A stretch of 64,000 nt of DNA from Pavona decussata (Eukaryota), in assembly GCA_977016875.1 (NCBI GenBank), contig CDRNST010000114.1, positions 310,001 through 374,000 on the forward strand. Direction: 5' to 3'. The notes below the pieces were generated by a model. The model had not been told where the DNA came from. It saw only the letters and a list, made by a program, of their open reading frames with translations, and searched no databases. This document shows, in pieces, positions 63,463 to 64,000 of the stretch. Numbering within the stretch: position 1 is the stretch's first letter; each line of letters opens with the position of its first letter. A program made the translations under genes and the position numbers.

Positions 63463-63872
63463 TTACAATCGATTCATTACCATATCAAAGAGTCTATCTC
63501 TCTTTTCGGCCAGATTTAGAATCCTGGCTTGACGAATCTGCAAACTTTGCATTAAATCCACGTCTTCTTGCGTTCCGCTTGGGTTGTGTAAAGGAGGACT
63601 TATAAAGTTTTCCGCACTTTGCTCGTTCTGAATTGTTTCTAGAGAAAGCCTGAAAAGTTCTTGATCGTTCTCGTTATCTTCCAAGGGAAAGTCATTGAAT
63701 CTATGGTTTTCGAGATCTCGCATTTCCCGCGTGAAGGTTTCGTGCACTGAGGAAACTTGTGAGGATACAGGTAGGTTTTCTTCCATTTCAACATCATCAC
63801 CAACGTTGTTTTCATTGAAGTTAGAACTGGCTGCGTTATAAATCTTATTCAACCTATCCTCTGCACTGCAAC
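63463..63872 (-). CDS. Terminal coding exon of a gene entering from the right (acidic region followed by a helical C-terminus)
   Basis: Acceptor tttttaaaacttacAG at 63873 (phase 1), ~136 open codons with protein-like composition, and AATAAA on the minus strand at ~63265. Confidence 0.7.
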
Positions 63873-63969
63873 CTGTAAGTTTTAAAAACACGAGTAAATT
63901 GATTAGCACTTAATAATCCACACTGACCTGTTAGGGGTTATTTCCATATCCCTTCGTCACGAATGGTTC

Positions 63970-64000
63970 GCTCTGACGAAGGGCTAACGCTCGAAACGTC
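63970..64000 (+). ncRNA. Minimal hammerhead ribozyme core of the Penelope/retrozyme type, truncated by the window edge
   Basis: CTGACGA (63973-63979), stem II GGGC-TAAC-GCTC, GAAA, palindromic ACGT, cleavage triplet GTC at 63998-64000. Confidence 0.7.

Overview
AT-rich animal genomic DNA, most likely a scleractinian coral (the ~105-bp TCAAATGAAAGCTACTGAGCAG... satellite and the MITE/SINE families look Porites-like; this is my recognition, not a search result). The window is organised around an old inverted, head-to-head duplication of an orphan gene. Paralog A is on the minus strand (exon 1 ~9281-9460; long exon from 2384 running off the left edge as an uninterrupted 793+ codon frame that the ORF track missed). 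Paralog B is on the plus strand (exon 1 ~29025-29349; 1331-aa ORF 32759-36754). Both encode largely disordered proteins with a conserved 52-aa beta-rich block. They share an E-box/TATA promoter, an exon-1 upstream ATG and arrays of a SINE-headed ~1.2-kb non-coding unit. Intron 1 of A holds a decayed histone cluster (H2B, H1, H4). The right half has four tRNA-type genes, including a Val-body tRNA with an Asp(ATC) anticodon. It also has a two-coding-exon orphan gene with CxCxxC motifs (53456-57357), the terminal exon of another gene (63463-63872, minus) and a minimal hammerhead core at the right edge. The rest is dense in MITEs, SINEs, LINE 3' ends, tiny palindromic insertions and simple repeats.
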